A DNA stretch of 64,000 nucleotides from an uncultured delta proteobacterium (GCA_963826785.1 CAWGYD010000001.1:800001-864000); one strand, 5' to 3'; shown: positions 30,449-39,822, counted from the first letter of the stretch. Translations and numbers: made by a program. The notes: generated by a model not told the origin, from the letters alone.

Positions 30449-30504
30449 GTGCGCAGAACCCGGATCCGATTGACATGCAAACTGATACGGAAAGGTACTG
30501 TGAC

Positions 30505-32457
30505 ATGAAAAAATTGAAGCACCTGCTGGCGGCCATGATGATTTTTTTATCCGGCGCCGGCGGTATGGACGTTCATGCGGAGGAGGCCGCGGCCCAAAGC
30601 GTTGAACTGGAGGAAATCAAAATCACGGCATCGCCCATCATCGAGGGAAACCAGGTGGACCGGTATGCCGCTCCGAAAACCGTGGTCAGCCAAACCCAGA
30701 TCGAGGACCTGAATGCACAGGATCTGAGCGCTGCGCTTCGAATGTCGCCCGGGGTGAACATTTCCCGCTACAATCCGGTGGGGGCGTTCGGCGGCGGGGA
30801 GGGGGGCGCCGTGTTCATCCGCGGGATGGGCTCCAGCCGGCCGGGCGCGGAAATCAAGACCTATGTGGACGGCGTCCCCATGTACATGAGCGTGTGGAAC
30901 CATCCGCTGCTCGACCTGCTGGCCGTGGACCCGGCCGCGGCCATCGAGGTCTACAAATCCCCCCAGCCCCAGTATTTCGGCAATGCGGCCGCAGCCATCA
31001 ATATTGTCCCCAAACAGAAAACGACCCCGGGCTTCACCACACATGCGGAACTGGCGGGCGGCAGCTTCGGCACCGCCGTGGGACGTGCGGAGACCGGCGG
31101 AAGGGTCGATCGGTTCGATTACTACCTGGGCGGGGGATACCGGCGTTCAGACGGGCACCGGGACCATAGCGAAGGCAAAACCGGCAACGTGTTCGGCCGC
31201 ACGGGATACGAGATGTCTCAAAACTGGGACCTCTACTTTTTCGGGCTGTATACGGATAATTCCGCCGAGGACCCGGGGGCGAAGGGTGCAAAACCGGCCG
31301 AACGGCTGGGAACGTATGAGACCCGCGCCTGGCTGGCCAGCATGACCCTGTCCAACCACTATGCCCATGCGAACGGATATCTGAAGGTCTACCGCAACGC
31401 CGGGGAGGGGGACTGGCTCGATCAGCCGTATGATGAAAATCTCAGGGAGGACCTGTACAACGACTTCAGGTTTTACGGTATTAAGGCCAAAGAGACGTTT
31501 GGGTTCGGGGAAGGGGGCGAACTGATCACCGGCCTGGACTGGGAGAATACCCAGGGGGACTACAATGAAGCGCTCAGCGACGGCACCTCGGATCGATGGG
31601 ACGGTGAAGATTTTTCTCTGCTGATGCCCTATGCGGCCTTAAGCCAGCGTTTCGGTGATGAAAATGGCTGCTATGTTATTCCCTCGGCAGGGGCTCGGTA
31701 TTATGACCATACGGATTTCGAAGCTAAATGGGCCCCCTTTGCCGGCCTGGTGGTCGGCTACGGAAACATCAAGACCCATGCGGGATATTCGCGGGGCGTA
31801 GTCTATCCGGGTCTGGATGTGGTGGTCTTTTCCGAAAAGGTGATCCCCATGCTGGCAGACACCTGGAAAAACCTGGACCCGGAAATCGTGGACCATTATG
31901 AAGCCGGAATATCGTACCTGCTCGGGGAAAAGGCCGCTGTCGACCTGACCTGGTTTTACAATGACGGAAAAGACCGGTACGTGGTGGTCCCCCCGCCGCC
32001 GCCCCCGCCCGTTTACGCCAATATCGGCGAATATGTCACCCGGGGAGTCGAAGCGGATCTGCAGTACTATCCGGACGTAAACCTGTCTTTCTTTTTCGGG
32101 GCCACCCTGATGGACACGGATCCGTCCGATCTGCCCTATGCGCCGGAGGTTACCCTTTCCGCAGGTGCCAACTGGCGGTTTCTTAAATGTTTCACACTCA
32201 ACCTGGACGGCCAGTATCTCGATGACATGACGGTGAATTCCCAGGCCCGGCGGGCCGGCGCGGAAAACACAAACCGGGTGGACAGCTACTTCATTTTAAA
32301 TGGCAAGCTTTCCCGGGAATTTCAACTGGCCGGTTCAAAGCTGTCTGGAAGTGTTTTCGTGGCCGGAGAGAATCTGACCGACACGGATTATGAATACCAG
32401 CCCGGCTATCCCATGCCCGGCATCAACGGCATGGCCGGCGTTACCCTGACGTTCTGA
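30505..32457 (+). CDS. TonB-dependent receptor
   Basis: Signal peptide, LEEIKITA TonB box, plug motifs (PGV...IRG...YVDGVP...IEVYK), ENLTD..Y, terminal F. Confidence 0.93.
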   Translation: MKKLKHLLAAMMIFLSGAGGMDVHAEEAAAQSVELEEIKITASPIIEGNQVDRYAAPKTVVSQTQIEDLNAQDLSAALRMSPGVNISRYNPVGAFGGGEGGAVFIRGMGSSRPGAEIKTYVDGVPMYMSVWNHPLLDLLAVDPAAAIEVYKSPQPQYFGNAAAAINIVPKQKTTPGFTTHAELAGGSFGTAVGRAETGGRVDRFDYYLGGGYRRSDGHRDHSEGKTGNVFGRTGYEMSQNWDLYFFGLYTDNSAEDPGAKGAKPAERLGTYETRAWLASMTLSNHYAHANGYLKVYRNAGEGDWLDQPYDENLREDLYNDFRFYGIKAKETFGFGEGGELITGLDWENTQGDYNEALSDGTSDRWDGEDFSLLMPYAALSQRFGDENGCYVIPSAGARYYDHTDFEAKWAPFAGLVVGYGNIKTHAGYSRGVVYPGLDVVVFSEKVIPMLADTWKNLDPEIVDHYEAGISYLLGEKAAVDLTWFYNDGKDRYVVVPPPPPPPVYANIGEYVTRGVEADLQYYPDVNLSFFFGATLMDTDPSDLPYAPEVTLSAGANWRFLKCFTLNLDGQYLDDMTVNSQARRAGAENTNRVDSYFILNGKLSREFQLAGSKLSGSVFVAGENLTDTDYEYQPGYPMPGINGMAGVTLTF

Positions 32458-32471
32458 AGAGGAGGATTCAA

Positions 32472-34103
32472 ATGTTTGAGAAAGGAAATATTTTTACCGA
32501 TTCGAACAAATTTCCAGGTCTCACCGTATCTGTGGAAGCGGAAGCCGGGATTCAGCATCTCCCGGCATCACTGGATTCCCGCCTTTGCAGGAATGACGGC
32601 AAAGACATACGCCCCCCTTTCGGAAAGGAAGGAAGGGGGGGATTTTACGCAAGCACGCTTTGGCTGTGTCTTTTCATCCTGCTGGCGTGGGCATCGTCTG
32701 CTGCCGGGCACGGCATCGAGGTCCCCGTGATCGTGGACACGGACGGCGCCCTGGATGATATCCGGGCGGTGGCCATGCTGCTGAACACCAGCGGTAGTGT
32801 GCGGTTGATCGTCACCTCCGACGGCGTCCTGTCCCCGGAATCGGCCAAAACGAATATGAACCGGGTGCTAAAGGCCCTGGATCGCAGCGATATCCCCGTG
32901 GCAACGGGCCGCGGGCTTACGGCCGATCCACCGCCTTTCAGGGCATTCAACCAGTCTTTGATTCCCGCTTCATCATCGCCCCCGGAAACCGGGCCGCCCG
33001 CAGAAAAGGTCATCCGGGAAACGCTTTCGGAAACCGATGAGGTCATCTACCTATGTCTAGGCCCCATGACCAACCTGGCCGACGCCTTGAACGCCGATCC
33101 CGGGGCGGCCAAAAAGATTAACCGGGTGATCTACCTGGGCGATGCCCCGGATTCGGCGCATCCGGGATGGAATACCCTTCGGGATGAGGCCTCGGCGCGG
33201 GCGGTGTTTGCATCAGGCGTTCCCGTTTACGCCATCGCCCTGCCGGATGACGAATATCTGGGATTTGACCAGCGGACATATGAAGGGATCTGCAGGATAT
33301 CGACCCCTGCGGCCCGCCTGCTGTGCCAAATACATGCAGCAGACGCCGTCCAGGCGCGGATTGCCGAAAATCATCTGCGCATCTGGGATGAAATGGCGGT
33401 GATGTACATGAACCGTCCGGAATATTTCAGCTATGATGTCTTTTCAGGCGGGGGCGGCTACCGCCGGGTGGGCCATGCGGACCTGGCGGCCATCCGCGCG
33501 GCTTACCTGAAACTCCTGGAAAATCCGGCCGATTTTCATCTGCACGCGCGAGAAAGCGTGGTATTGCGCGAATTTCCCGCCGATCCCGGCCTGTTCCGGG
33601 ATGATGTCGCCCCCCGGGCGGCGGAAATCATCAATGCCCACGGCCTGGAAGAGTGGAAAGCCTGTCTGCTGACCAATGAACTGCACCGGCACCTGGGCAT
33701 CTATTCTCTGGTGGGGGCCAAGATGGGCATCTACGCCCGGGAATTGCTCGAGGCGCCCTTTGACACCCTCACGGTCGTCTCCCATGCGGGATCAGCGCCG
33801 CCGTTGAGCTGCCTGAACGACGGGCTGCAGGTGTCCACCGGCGCCAGCCTCGGCAGGGGGACCATTAGCGTAAATCCCGATGGGCATCAACCTGCGGCGG
33901 AATTCATCTATCGCGGCATGGTCCTTACGCTGACCCTCAAGCCGGAATATGTGAAACAGATCCGGGCGGACATCTCGGCGGCCCTGGACCGGTTCGGGAC
34001 CACCAGCCCGGCGTATTTCGCACATGTCCGCAGCCTTTCCATCGATTACTGGCGAAAGTTCGACCGCACCCGAATGTTTGATGCCGCCTGGCAGCGCCAA
34101 TAG
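32472..34103 (+). CDS. Exported nucleoside-hydrolase-like protein fused to an FmdE domain
   Basis: VIVDTDGALDD, LGPMTNLA, WN...D, IWDEMA; then ELHRHLGIYSLVGAKMG and SCLNDGLQVSTGASLGRGTI. Confidence 0.85.
   Translation: MFEKGNIFTDSNKFPGLTVSVEAEAGIQHLPASLDSRLCRNDGKDIRPPFGKEGRGGFYASTLWLCLFILLAWASSAAGHGIEVPVIVDTDGALDDIRAVAMLLNTSGSVRLIVTSDGVLSPESAKTNMNRVLKALDRSDIPVATGRGLTADPPPFRAFNQSLIPASSSPPETGPPAEKVIRETLSETDEVIYLCLGPMTNLADALNADPGAAKKINRVIYLGDAPDSAHPGWNTLRDEASARAVFASGVPVYAIALPDDEYLGFDQRTYEGICRISTPAARLLCQIHAADAVQARIAENHLRIWDEMAVMYMNRPEYFSYDVFSGGGGYRRVGHADLAAIRAAYLKLLENPADFHLHARESVVLREFPADPGLFRDDVAPRAAEIINAHGLEEWKACLLTNELHRHLGIYSLVGAKMGIYARELLEAPFDTLTVVSHAGSAPPLSCLNDGLQVSTGASLGRGTISVNPDGHQPAAEFIYRGMVLTLTLKPEYVKQIRADISAALDRFGTTSPAYFAHVRSLSIDYWRKFDRTRMFDAAWQRQ
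32524..32645. repeat. Two REP-like palindromic elements inside the 5' end of the CDS
   Basis: GCGGAAGCCGGGATTCAG...CTGGATTCCCGCCTTTGCAGGAATGACGG and CCCCCCTTTCGGAAAGGAAGGAAGGGGGGGATTT. Confidence 0.65.
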
Positions 34104-34117
34104 CGGCAGTTCGATGA

Positions 34118-34492
34118 TCAGCCCTTGATTACCCGGATGCCGCTTTTTGCTGCCGCCTGCTGACGGATGTTTTTCAGCTGCTCGGCAAGGTCCATGCAGT
34201 GGCCCCTTAAAAATCGGGGGTCACCTTCCTGGAGGGGATCGATATTCCGGTAAAAGTATTGAAAAATGGGGCCGGAATGGCGCTGATTCAGTTTTTGAAG
34301 CAAAAGGGCCAGCCGGCGGGCGGTGGAGAAATATTGACCGATGTCGATGGTATCGGAAACCACATGATGGAGAAGATCGGTGAGTTCCCTGCATGAAGAG
34401 GGGTCTGAGCGCATGGCCATTTCCGAATGCGAAAGGGCCTGCGTCCATTTTTGCTTAAGTTCGGCAATGGTGACCGGTGTCATGCCGTTCAT
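34118..34492 (-). CDS. Hypothetical protein
   Basis: 124-aa ORF following the Fe-S gene; no motif recognised. Confidence 0.55.
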   Translation of the reverse strand: MNGMTPVTIAELKQKWTQALSHSEMAMRSDPSSCRELTDLLHHVVSDTIDIGQYFSTARRLALLLQKLNQRHSGPIFQYFYRNIDPLQEGDPRFLRGHCMDLAEQLKNIRQQAAAKSGIRVIKG

Positions 34493-34618
34493 GGTTTTGT
34501 CCCCGGAGAGGTTGGTAAACCCGCCGCGGATCGCGAGAAATCGAAAGACGGAGGTAGATTTTCTTCTGATTTCTTTATAAGATCCGCGACAGGTACACCA
34601 ATGGAGGAAACATATGCA

Positions 34619-35939
34619 CTACATCTCTGTTTCCGGGTGAAACACATTGACTTCTTTTAAATCATCGCCCAGGTACTCACGTTCGTTGGGCCCCAGGATG
34701 CCCAATGACAGGCAGATCAGGGTCCACAGGTGAACCACACTGTAATGACCGCCGTAATGCTCGCTCAGTTCATGAATCTGTGCGTGGCAATTATGGCATC
34801 CGGCAATGCAGTAAGTGGCGCCGGTGGCCTGGATCTGTTCGTCTTTCAACCGGCCGTATTCCAGCCGGGCTTCCTTGTAGCCGGATTGCAGAAAACCGCC
34901 GCCGCCCCCGCAGCAGTAATTATTGGATCGGTTGGGGGTCATGTCGATGAAGTTTTCTTCCCCCACCACCGATTTCACCACGTAATCGCAGATCTTCGGC
35001 GATTGGATCTCCGTAGCTCTTGCGGACGATCTGGCAGGGATCCTGAACCGTGAACTTGATCTTTAAATCCCGGTTCCAGTCGGAGTTGACTTTGAGCTTT
35101 CCTTCCCGGATCCATTTGGCATAATATTCATAGATGTTTTTAACGTCGAAGCGATGCTCGATATTGAATTTTTTCAGTCCGGCCCGGACTGCGAAGGTGA
35201 CGTGCCCTCACTCTGTATTGAGAAAGGTCTTGCACCCCAGTTCATGGGCCTGGTCCGTGGCCGTCTGGACGATGTGTTTCCAGGCGTCGTTGTCGGCCAG
35301 AAACATGCAGTAGTTTTCGCCGGCCCATCCTTTGGAACCGTAGGTCCAGTTCGCTCCCACCAGATGCAGGATTTTCCAGAGGGGCACCATTTCGTCGGGT
35401 TCCGTCACCGGTTCACGGGAATTCTGGTTCAGGAAGAACTCGGCCCCCTGTTTGTCGATGGGCGCCTCCATTTTGGCAAATTCCGGCTGGGCTTCCCGGT
35501 ATTCCTCCAGCACATCTTCCACCACGAATTGGAAGTCATCCGGAGTGGTTCCCATGGCGCTGCAGCTTTCCGTGTTCAGGGCCATGTCGCACGATCCCAG
35601 GATCCCCTTGGGCCGGCTCTCCCGGGGCCAGGTGGTCCGGGCATTGAACACCAGTTGGGGAATATCGATCTTCATGGGGCAGACATGAACGCACCGCTGG
35701 CACATGCTGCACATCCAGACCCAGGGGGTGCTGGTAATCTCTTCATCCATTCCAAGGGCGGCCATGCGCAGAAACTTGCGCGGGTCCATTCCCTCCAGCC
35801 CGGTGGCCGGGCATCCTGCGGCACAGGCGCCGCAGGTGAGGCAAAGATTGAGATTGCCGCCCTCGGGCAATAGCGCTTTCACCTTGTCCATGAAGGTGCT
35901 CTTTTTTGCGCCGCCGAGCTTGATGGTGTCTGTTTTCAT
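34619..35939 (-). CDS. HdrD/DsrK-like (Fe-S, CCG-domain) selenoprotein; in-frame UGA at 35208-35210 and a 1-nt frameshift near 34984
   Basis: CLTCGACAAGCP, CSMCQRCVHVCP, FLNTE-UGA-GH (the position of ECGH); reading continues to QDPCQIVR...DLR, then in a shifted frame YVVKS...CCGGGGG...GCHNCHAQ. Confidence 0.85.
35174..35210 (-). promoter_or_regulatory. Bacterial SECIS element
   Basis: TGA, 16 nt, then hairpin CAGTCC-GGGCC-GGACTG with a G-led apical loop. Confidence 0.75.
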
Positions 35940-36016
35940 CTTTTCTCCTGTTTTAGCGGTCCATCATAAAAATGGTTTCGAAAAGGGATGTTCTGAATAA
36001 AATCCAGTATTCAAAA

Positions 36017-36146
36017 TAGACGGTCTCGAAAAAGCCGGTTTTCACTAAATATCTGTCTTACTCAATAAGTACTTGTTATTTCAGTATTTATGCCTTTGCG
36101 ACAATGGCGGCGACTACGCTTGCCAGACTTTTAACGACTTCGGCAA
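36017..36146. repeat. Possible degenerate MITE/REP-like element
   Basis: Imperfect terminal inverted repeats TAGACGGTCTCGAAAAAGCC and GACTTTTAACGACTTCGGCAA; a related half-site TGAAGTCGTAAAG is near 7518. Confidence 0.3.
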
Positions 36147-36147
36147 A

Positions 36148-36327
36148 TAAGCATATGCTCAAAATAAAATTGCAGGCATCTGCTTGTCAAGGGGTTTTTA
36201 TCATATGCTCAAAAAAAGAAGAGGTGAGACTCGATGACATCGAAATCGGATGCCATTGTGGTATTTTTTGAAAATATGGATTGAATTCGACCCCGCAGTG
36301 AATATTTTGATATTGAGCATATGCCCA
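36148..36327. promoter_or_regulatory. Operator copies 4-6 (36148-36161, 36198-36211, 36314-36327)
   Basis: TAAGCATATGCTCA, TTATCATATGCTCA and TGAGCATATGCCCA between the divergent selenoprotein and orpR-like genes. Confidence 0.72.
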
Positions 36328-36409
36328 AAAAATTGTAAGCTGATCAAAAAAGGTCAAGTGCAGCGGGCACGATCAAGAATTGGAAATATACGAATAAACC
36401 GCTAATAAA

Positions 36410-37795
36410 ATGCCCAAAAACGACAATATGGATCAAAATACGACTCGGATCATCCTGGAGAGCATCTCAGACGGTGTATTCACGGTTGATCCCAACTGGA
36501 AAATCACCTCCTTCAACCGGGCCGCCGAAGAAATCACCGGGATTTGTCGCTCGGAAGCCATCGGGCGGCACTGCTGGGAGGTGTTTCGTTCCAATATGTG
36601 CGAGGGCGACTGCGCCCTGAAACGGACCATGAAAGAGAACAAGTCGTTCGTCAGCACGGCGACGTATATCATCAACAGCCAGAAAAAACGGATTCCGATC
36701 ACCGTCTCCACATCGCCCTTGAAAAACAGCGACGGCGAAATCCTCGGCGGTGTGGAAACATTTCGCGACCACAGCCTGGTGGAGGAACTGCGCAAAGCGC
36801 TTTCCGCCCGATTCCAGATGGGAGATATGGTGAGCAGCAGCCCGGCCATGATAAAAATTTTCAATATTCTTCCCCAGGTGGCCCAAAGCGACTCAACGGT
36901 CCTGATTGAAGGTGAAACCGGCACCGGCAAGGAACTGGCGGCAAGGGCGATCCACAACGCCAGTCCCCGAAGAAACAAGCCGTTTGTCGCCATCAACTGC
37001 GGCGCCCTTCCGGATACCCTGCTTGAATCGGAGCTGTTCGGTTACAAGGCCGGCGCATTCACGAACGCCGTCAAGGACAAACCGGGGCATTTCGCCATGG
37101 CGGAAGGCGGAACGATCTTTCTGGACGAAATAGGGGATACCAGTCCGGCTTTTCAGGTGCGACTCCTGCGGGTTCTGGAGGAGAAAGCGTACCAGCCCCT
37201 GGGCGGCATCAAAAAAACAGCCGCGGATATCCGCATCATTACGGCAACCAACAAGGTTCTTTTGGAAATGGTGGAAGAAGGAACCTTTCGCCAGGACCTC
37301 TTTTATCGCATCAATGTGGTCCGTATCGGGCTTCCGCCGCTTCGGGAGCGGATGGAGGACATTCCGCTTCTGGTCGAATATTTCATCGGCAAGTTCAACC
37401 GGATCAAAGGAAAAGCCGTCAGCGGAATGGTGCACGAGGCGCTGGAAAGGCTCATGTCTCATAATTTTCCCGGCAATATCCGGGAACTGGAAAATATCCT
37501 GGAACATGCTTTCGTCCTTTGCTCGGAAGGCGATATCGGCTTGCCGCATTTTCCCGGACACCTGTCGTCACCGGCTCTTGTTAAGGATAATCGCATTTTT
37601 GTGTCTGACCCCATAAAGGCTGCGGAAATAGAGGTCATCACAGAGGCGTTGAAACGGAACCGCTACAATCGGCGGGCTGCGGCCGCTGATCTTGGAATGC
37701 ACAAAAGCACGCTTTTCCGCAAAATTCATAAACTCGGCATCCATCTCCCGGAAGCGGACGGGCGCTCCGAACGCTCCAGCCAATCGCCCTCATAA
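36410..37795 (+). CDS. orpR: PAS-domain sigma54 activator, OrpR-like
   Basis: PAS with C-X8-C-X3-C (CWEVFRSNMCEGDC), GETGTGKE, ESELFG...GAFT, Fis HTH; adjacent to ORP-type genes. Confidence 0.85.
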   Translation: MPKNDNMDQNTTRIILESISDGVFTVDPNWKITSFNRAAEEITGICRSEAIGRHCWEVFRSNMCEGDCALKRTMKENKSFVSTATYIINSQKKRIPITVSTSPLKNSDGEILGGVETFRDHSLVEELRKALSARFQMGDMVSSSPAMIKIFNILPQVAQSDSTVLIEGETGTGKELAARAIHNASPRRNKPFVAINCGALPDTLLESELFGYKAGAFTNAVKDKPGHFAMAEGGTIFLDEIGDTSPAFQVRLLRVLEEKAYQPLGGIKKTAADIRIITATNKVLLEMVEEGTFRQDLFYRINVVRIGLPPLRERMEDIPLLVEYFIGKFNRIKGKAVSGMVHEALERLMSHNFPGNIRELENILEHAFVLCSEGDIGLPHFPGHLSSPALVKDNRIFVSDPIKAAEIEVITEALKRNRYNRRAAAADLGMHKSTLFRKIHKLGIHLPEADGRSERSSQSPS

Positions 37796-37796
37796 C

Positions 37797-37935
37797 GACG
37801 CATGGTTGCGACCATACGGTCGCATCGTTGCGCCTGTCGATGGAGTCTCCATCTTTAAAAATCTCGCCGTTCTTTTTTAAATATTTGATATGATATTATA
37901 TATTTACTTACAAATCATATGGCACGCTTGATGCA
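37797..37935 (+). promoter_or_regulatory. Two candidate UAS sites plus sigma54 promoter of the ORP operon
   Basis: GACGCATGGTTGCGACC (37797) and GGTCGCATCGTTGCGCC (37818), an AT-rich spacer, then TGGCACGCTTGATGCA (37920-37935). Confidence 0.72.
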
Positions 37936-37964
37936 AACTTGAAGATGAGAGGAGAGCTTCCGGT

Positions 37965-38501
37965 ATGAGAATCGCACTGACAGTCTGGGAAGACCGGATT
38001 TCACCGGTCTTTGATGCAGCAACGACGCTGCTGATCGTCGATCTGGTGGAGGAAGGCTTGACCGATCGGCATTTGGCGACGCTCCCCCGGAGGGGTTCAG
38101 CGCAGCAAGCCGGGATACTGAAACAGCTCGGGGTATCGATTCTGATCTGCGGGGCCATTTCGGAAGGGCACGCAAACAATATCGCTTTCAGCGGCATCGA
38201 GCTGATACCTTTTATTTCCGGAAAAACCGAGAACATCCTTGAGGCGTTTGCAAGCGGGGAGCCGATTATACCGGCATTTTCCATGCCGGGATGCGGCGGA
38301 CCCTGCCGCAGACGTATGATGAAACATGAGGAGGTGATGAATATGCCGAAAAAAGATGGAACCGGGCCTGCGGGCAAGGGGCCAGCCACTGGAAAAGCCC
38401 GTGGCGGATGCAGATCCGGGAAGGTCGGAGGAAAAGGCAGAGGTCCTGGACGCGGCCAGGGTCGCAAATCCGGGCAGAATCAGGACCCGCGCCCGGAATA
38501 A
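37965..38501 (+). CDS. NifB/NifX-family protein with in-frame Gly/Arg-rich tail
   Basis: MRIALTVWEDRISPVFDAA, LICGAIS, MPGC; the tail MPKKDGTGP has its own RBS. Confidence 0.8.
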   Translation: MRIALTVWEDRISPVFDAATTLLIVDLVEEGLTDRHLATLPRRGSAQQAGILKQLGVSILICGAISEGHANNIAFSGIELIPFISGKTENILEAFASGEPIIPAFSMPGCGGPCRRRMMKHEEVMNMPKKDGTGPAGKGPATGKARGGCRSGKVGGKGRGPGRGQGRKSGQNQDPRPE

Positions 38502-38532
38502 AAAAATCAATCTCAGTGACGGAGGATACATC

Positions 38533-38856
38533 ATGCCAGGATATGACAGAAGCGGCCCGCTCGGCACCGGGCCCATGACCGGCAGAAGGCGCGGTCTGTG
38601 CAACAACACATTCGCACAATTTCGTCCCGGCTTTGGAAGAGGCCCGGGACTGGCAAGGGGATTCCGGGGCGGTTCGGGACCCGATTTGAGAGGCGGTTTC
38701 GGCAGGTGGTTCGGCCGGCAGCCAATGGATTACAACCAAAATCCGGATGACTCTGCGCATGAACTTCAAACATTGAAAGTCCAGGTGAATTCGTTGAAAG
38801 ATTCGCTTGAGGCGGTCATCAGAAGGCTTGCTGATCTGGGAAAAAACGAAAATTAG
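38533..38856 (+). CDS. DUF5320-like Gly/Arg-rich protein
   Basis: MPGYDRSGPLGTGPMTGRRRGLC and a C-terminal coiled coil; RBS GGAGGA. Confidence 0.82.
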   Translation: MPGYDRSGPLGTGPMTGRRRGLCNNTFAQFRPGFGRGPGLARGFRGGSGPDLRGGFGRWFGRQPMDYNQNPDDSAHELQTLKVQVNSLKDSLEAVIRRLADLGKNEN

Positions 38857-38943
38857 GCGAATCCATTCAAGTTATCTTATCCATGCGAAACGCAAGGGCG
38901 CTAAAACCCTTGCGTTTCAGGTGAGGTTTTTGCGGGGAAAGAA

Positions 38944-39327
38944 ATGACCCAGGTACTTCTGGTCACTGGCGACGAGACACATTTTTCTTACATGTGTTCC
39001 GTGTTTGCCGAAAAAGAAATGAAAACAGTGTGTGTCCATTCCGGTTCCGAGGCGCTTTCGACTGCGGCGGGCCGAGGTTTTGACCTGATCGTCGCCGATG
39101 AACACCTGCCGGACATGACCGGTCTTGAACTGGCGGCAAAGACGCTATCCGAAAACCCCTTCACCCATTTTGCGGTTGTCAGCACGCTTTCCGACGGGGA
39201 GTTCCACGAGTCCAGCGAAGGCATGGGGATCCTGATGCAGCTTTCGCCCTCTCCCGGAAAAGAAGAAGCCGAAGAACTGGTGAATCATCTCAATAGGGTT
39301 CTCCTGCTGACGCATAAAATAAATTAA
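38944..39327 (+). CDS. Single-domain response regulator (atypical receiver)
   Basis: FDLIVADEHLPDMTGLELA. Confidence 0.8.
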   Translation: MTQVLLVTGDETHFSYMCSVFAEKEMKTVCVHSGSEALSTAAGRGFDLIVADEHLPDMTGLELAAKTLSENPFTHFAVVSTLSDGEFHESSEGMGILMQLSPSPGKEEAEELVNHLNRVLLLTHKIN

Positions 39328-39419
39328 AGTGGAGGACTTGATCGCCGGGAAACTGCAGGAAATCCAAAATGATCAGGTATGCGGCGGAGGCGTCGGCCAT
39401 TGACAAAAAGGAGGATCAA

Positions 39420-39776
39420 ATGAAAATTGCAGTGACATCCCAGGGTAAAAGCCTTGACTCGCCCATCGACCCACGCTTCGGAAGGGCTCCCTATTTTTTG
39501 ATCGTGGATACGGAAAGTCTCGAGTTTGAAGTCGTGGACAATTCCGTCAATATGGGCGCGTTCAAGGGGGCCGGTATTCAGGCGGCGGCTTCGGTGAGTA
39601 AAAATGGCGCCAGGGCCTTACTGACCGGTTACTGCGGGCCCAAAGCGTTCCAGGCACTGGAAGCGGCGAAAATCAAGGTGGCGAGCGACGTTTCCGGCAC
39701 GGTCAGGGAAGCCGTGGCGGCGTTTAACCAGGGGAAGGTATCGTTTGCCTATGCCCCCAATGTGGCGGCGCGCTGA
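39420..39776 (+). CDS. NifB/NifX (MTH1175-like) orange-protein homolog
   Basis: MKIAVTS, DPRFGRAPYF, GAGIQAA, LTGYCGPKAF; RBS AGGAGG. Confidence 0.9.
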   Translation: MKIAVTSQGKSLDSPIDPRFGRAPYFLIVDTESLEFEVVDNSVNMGAFKGAGIQAAASVSKNGARALLTGYCGPKAFQALEAAKIKVASDVSGTVREAVAAFNQGKVSFAYAPNVAAR

Positions 39777-39822
39777 TAATGCGTCCCGGAAATCCTATGT
39801 GTATTAAAAAAAGGACCAGACC

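Noticed and set aside
34607..34620. GAAACATATGCACT as a seventh operator
   Set aside because: Only the CATATGC core matches; the flanks are not palindromic.
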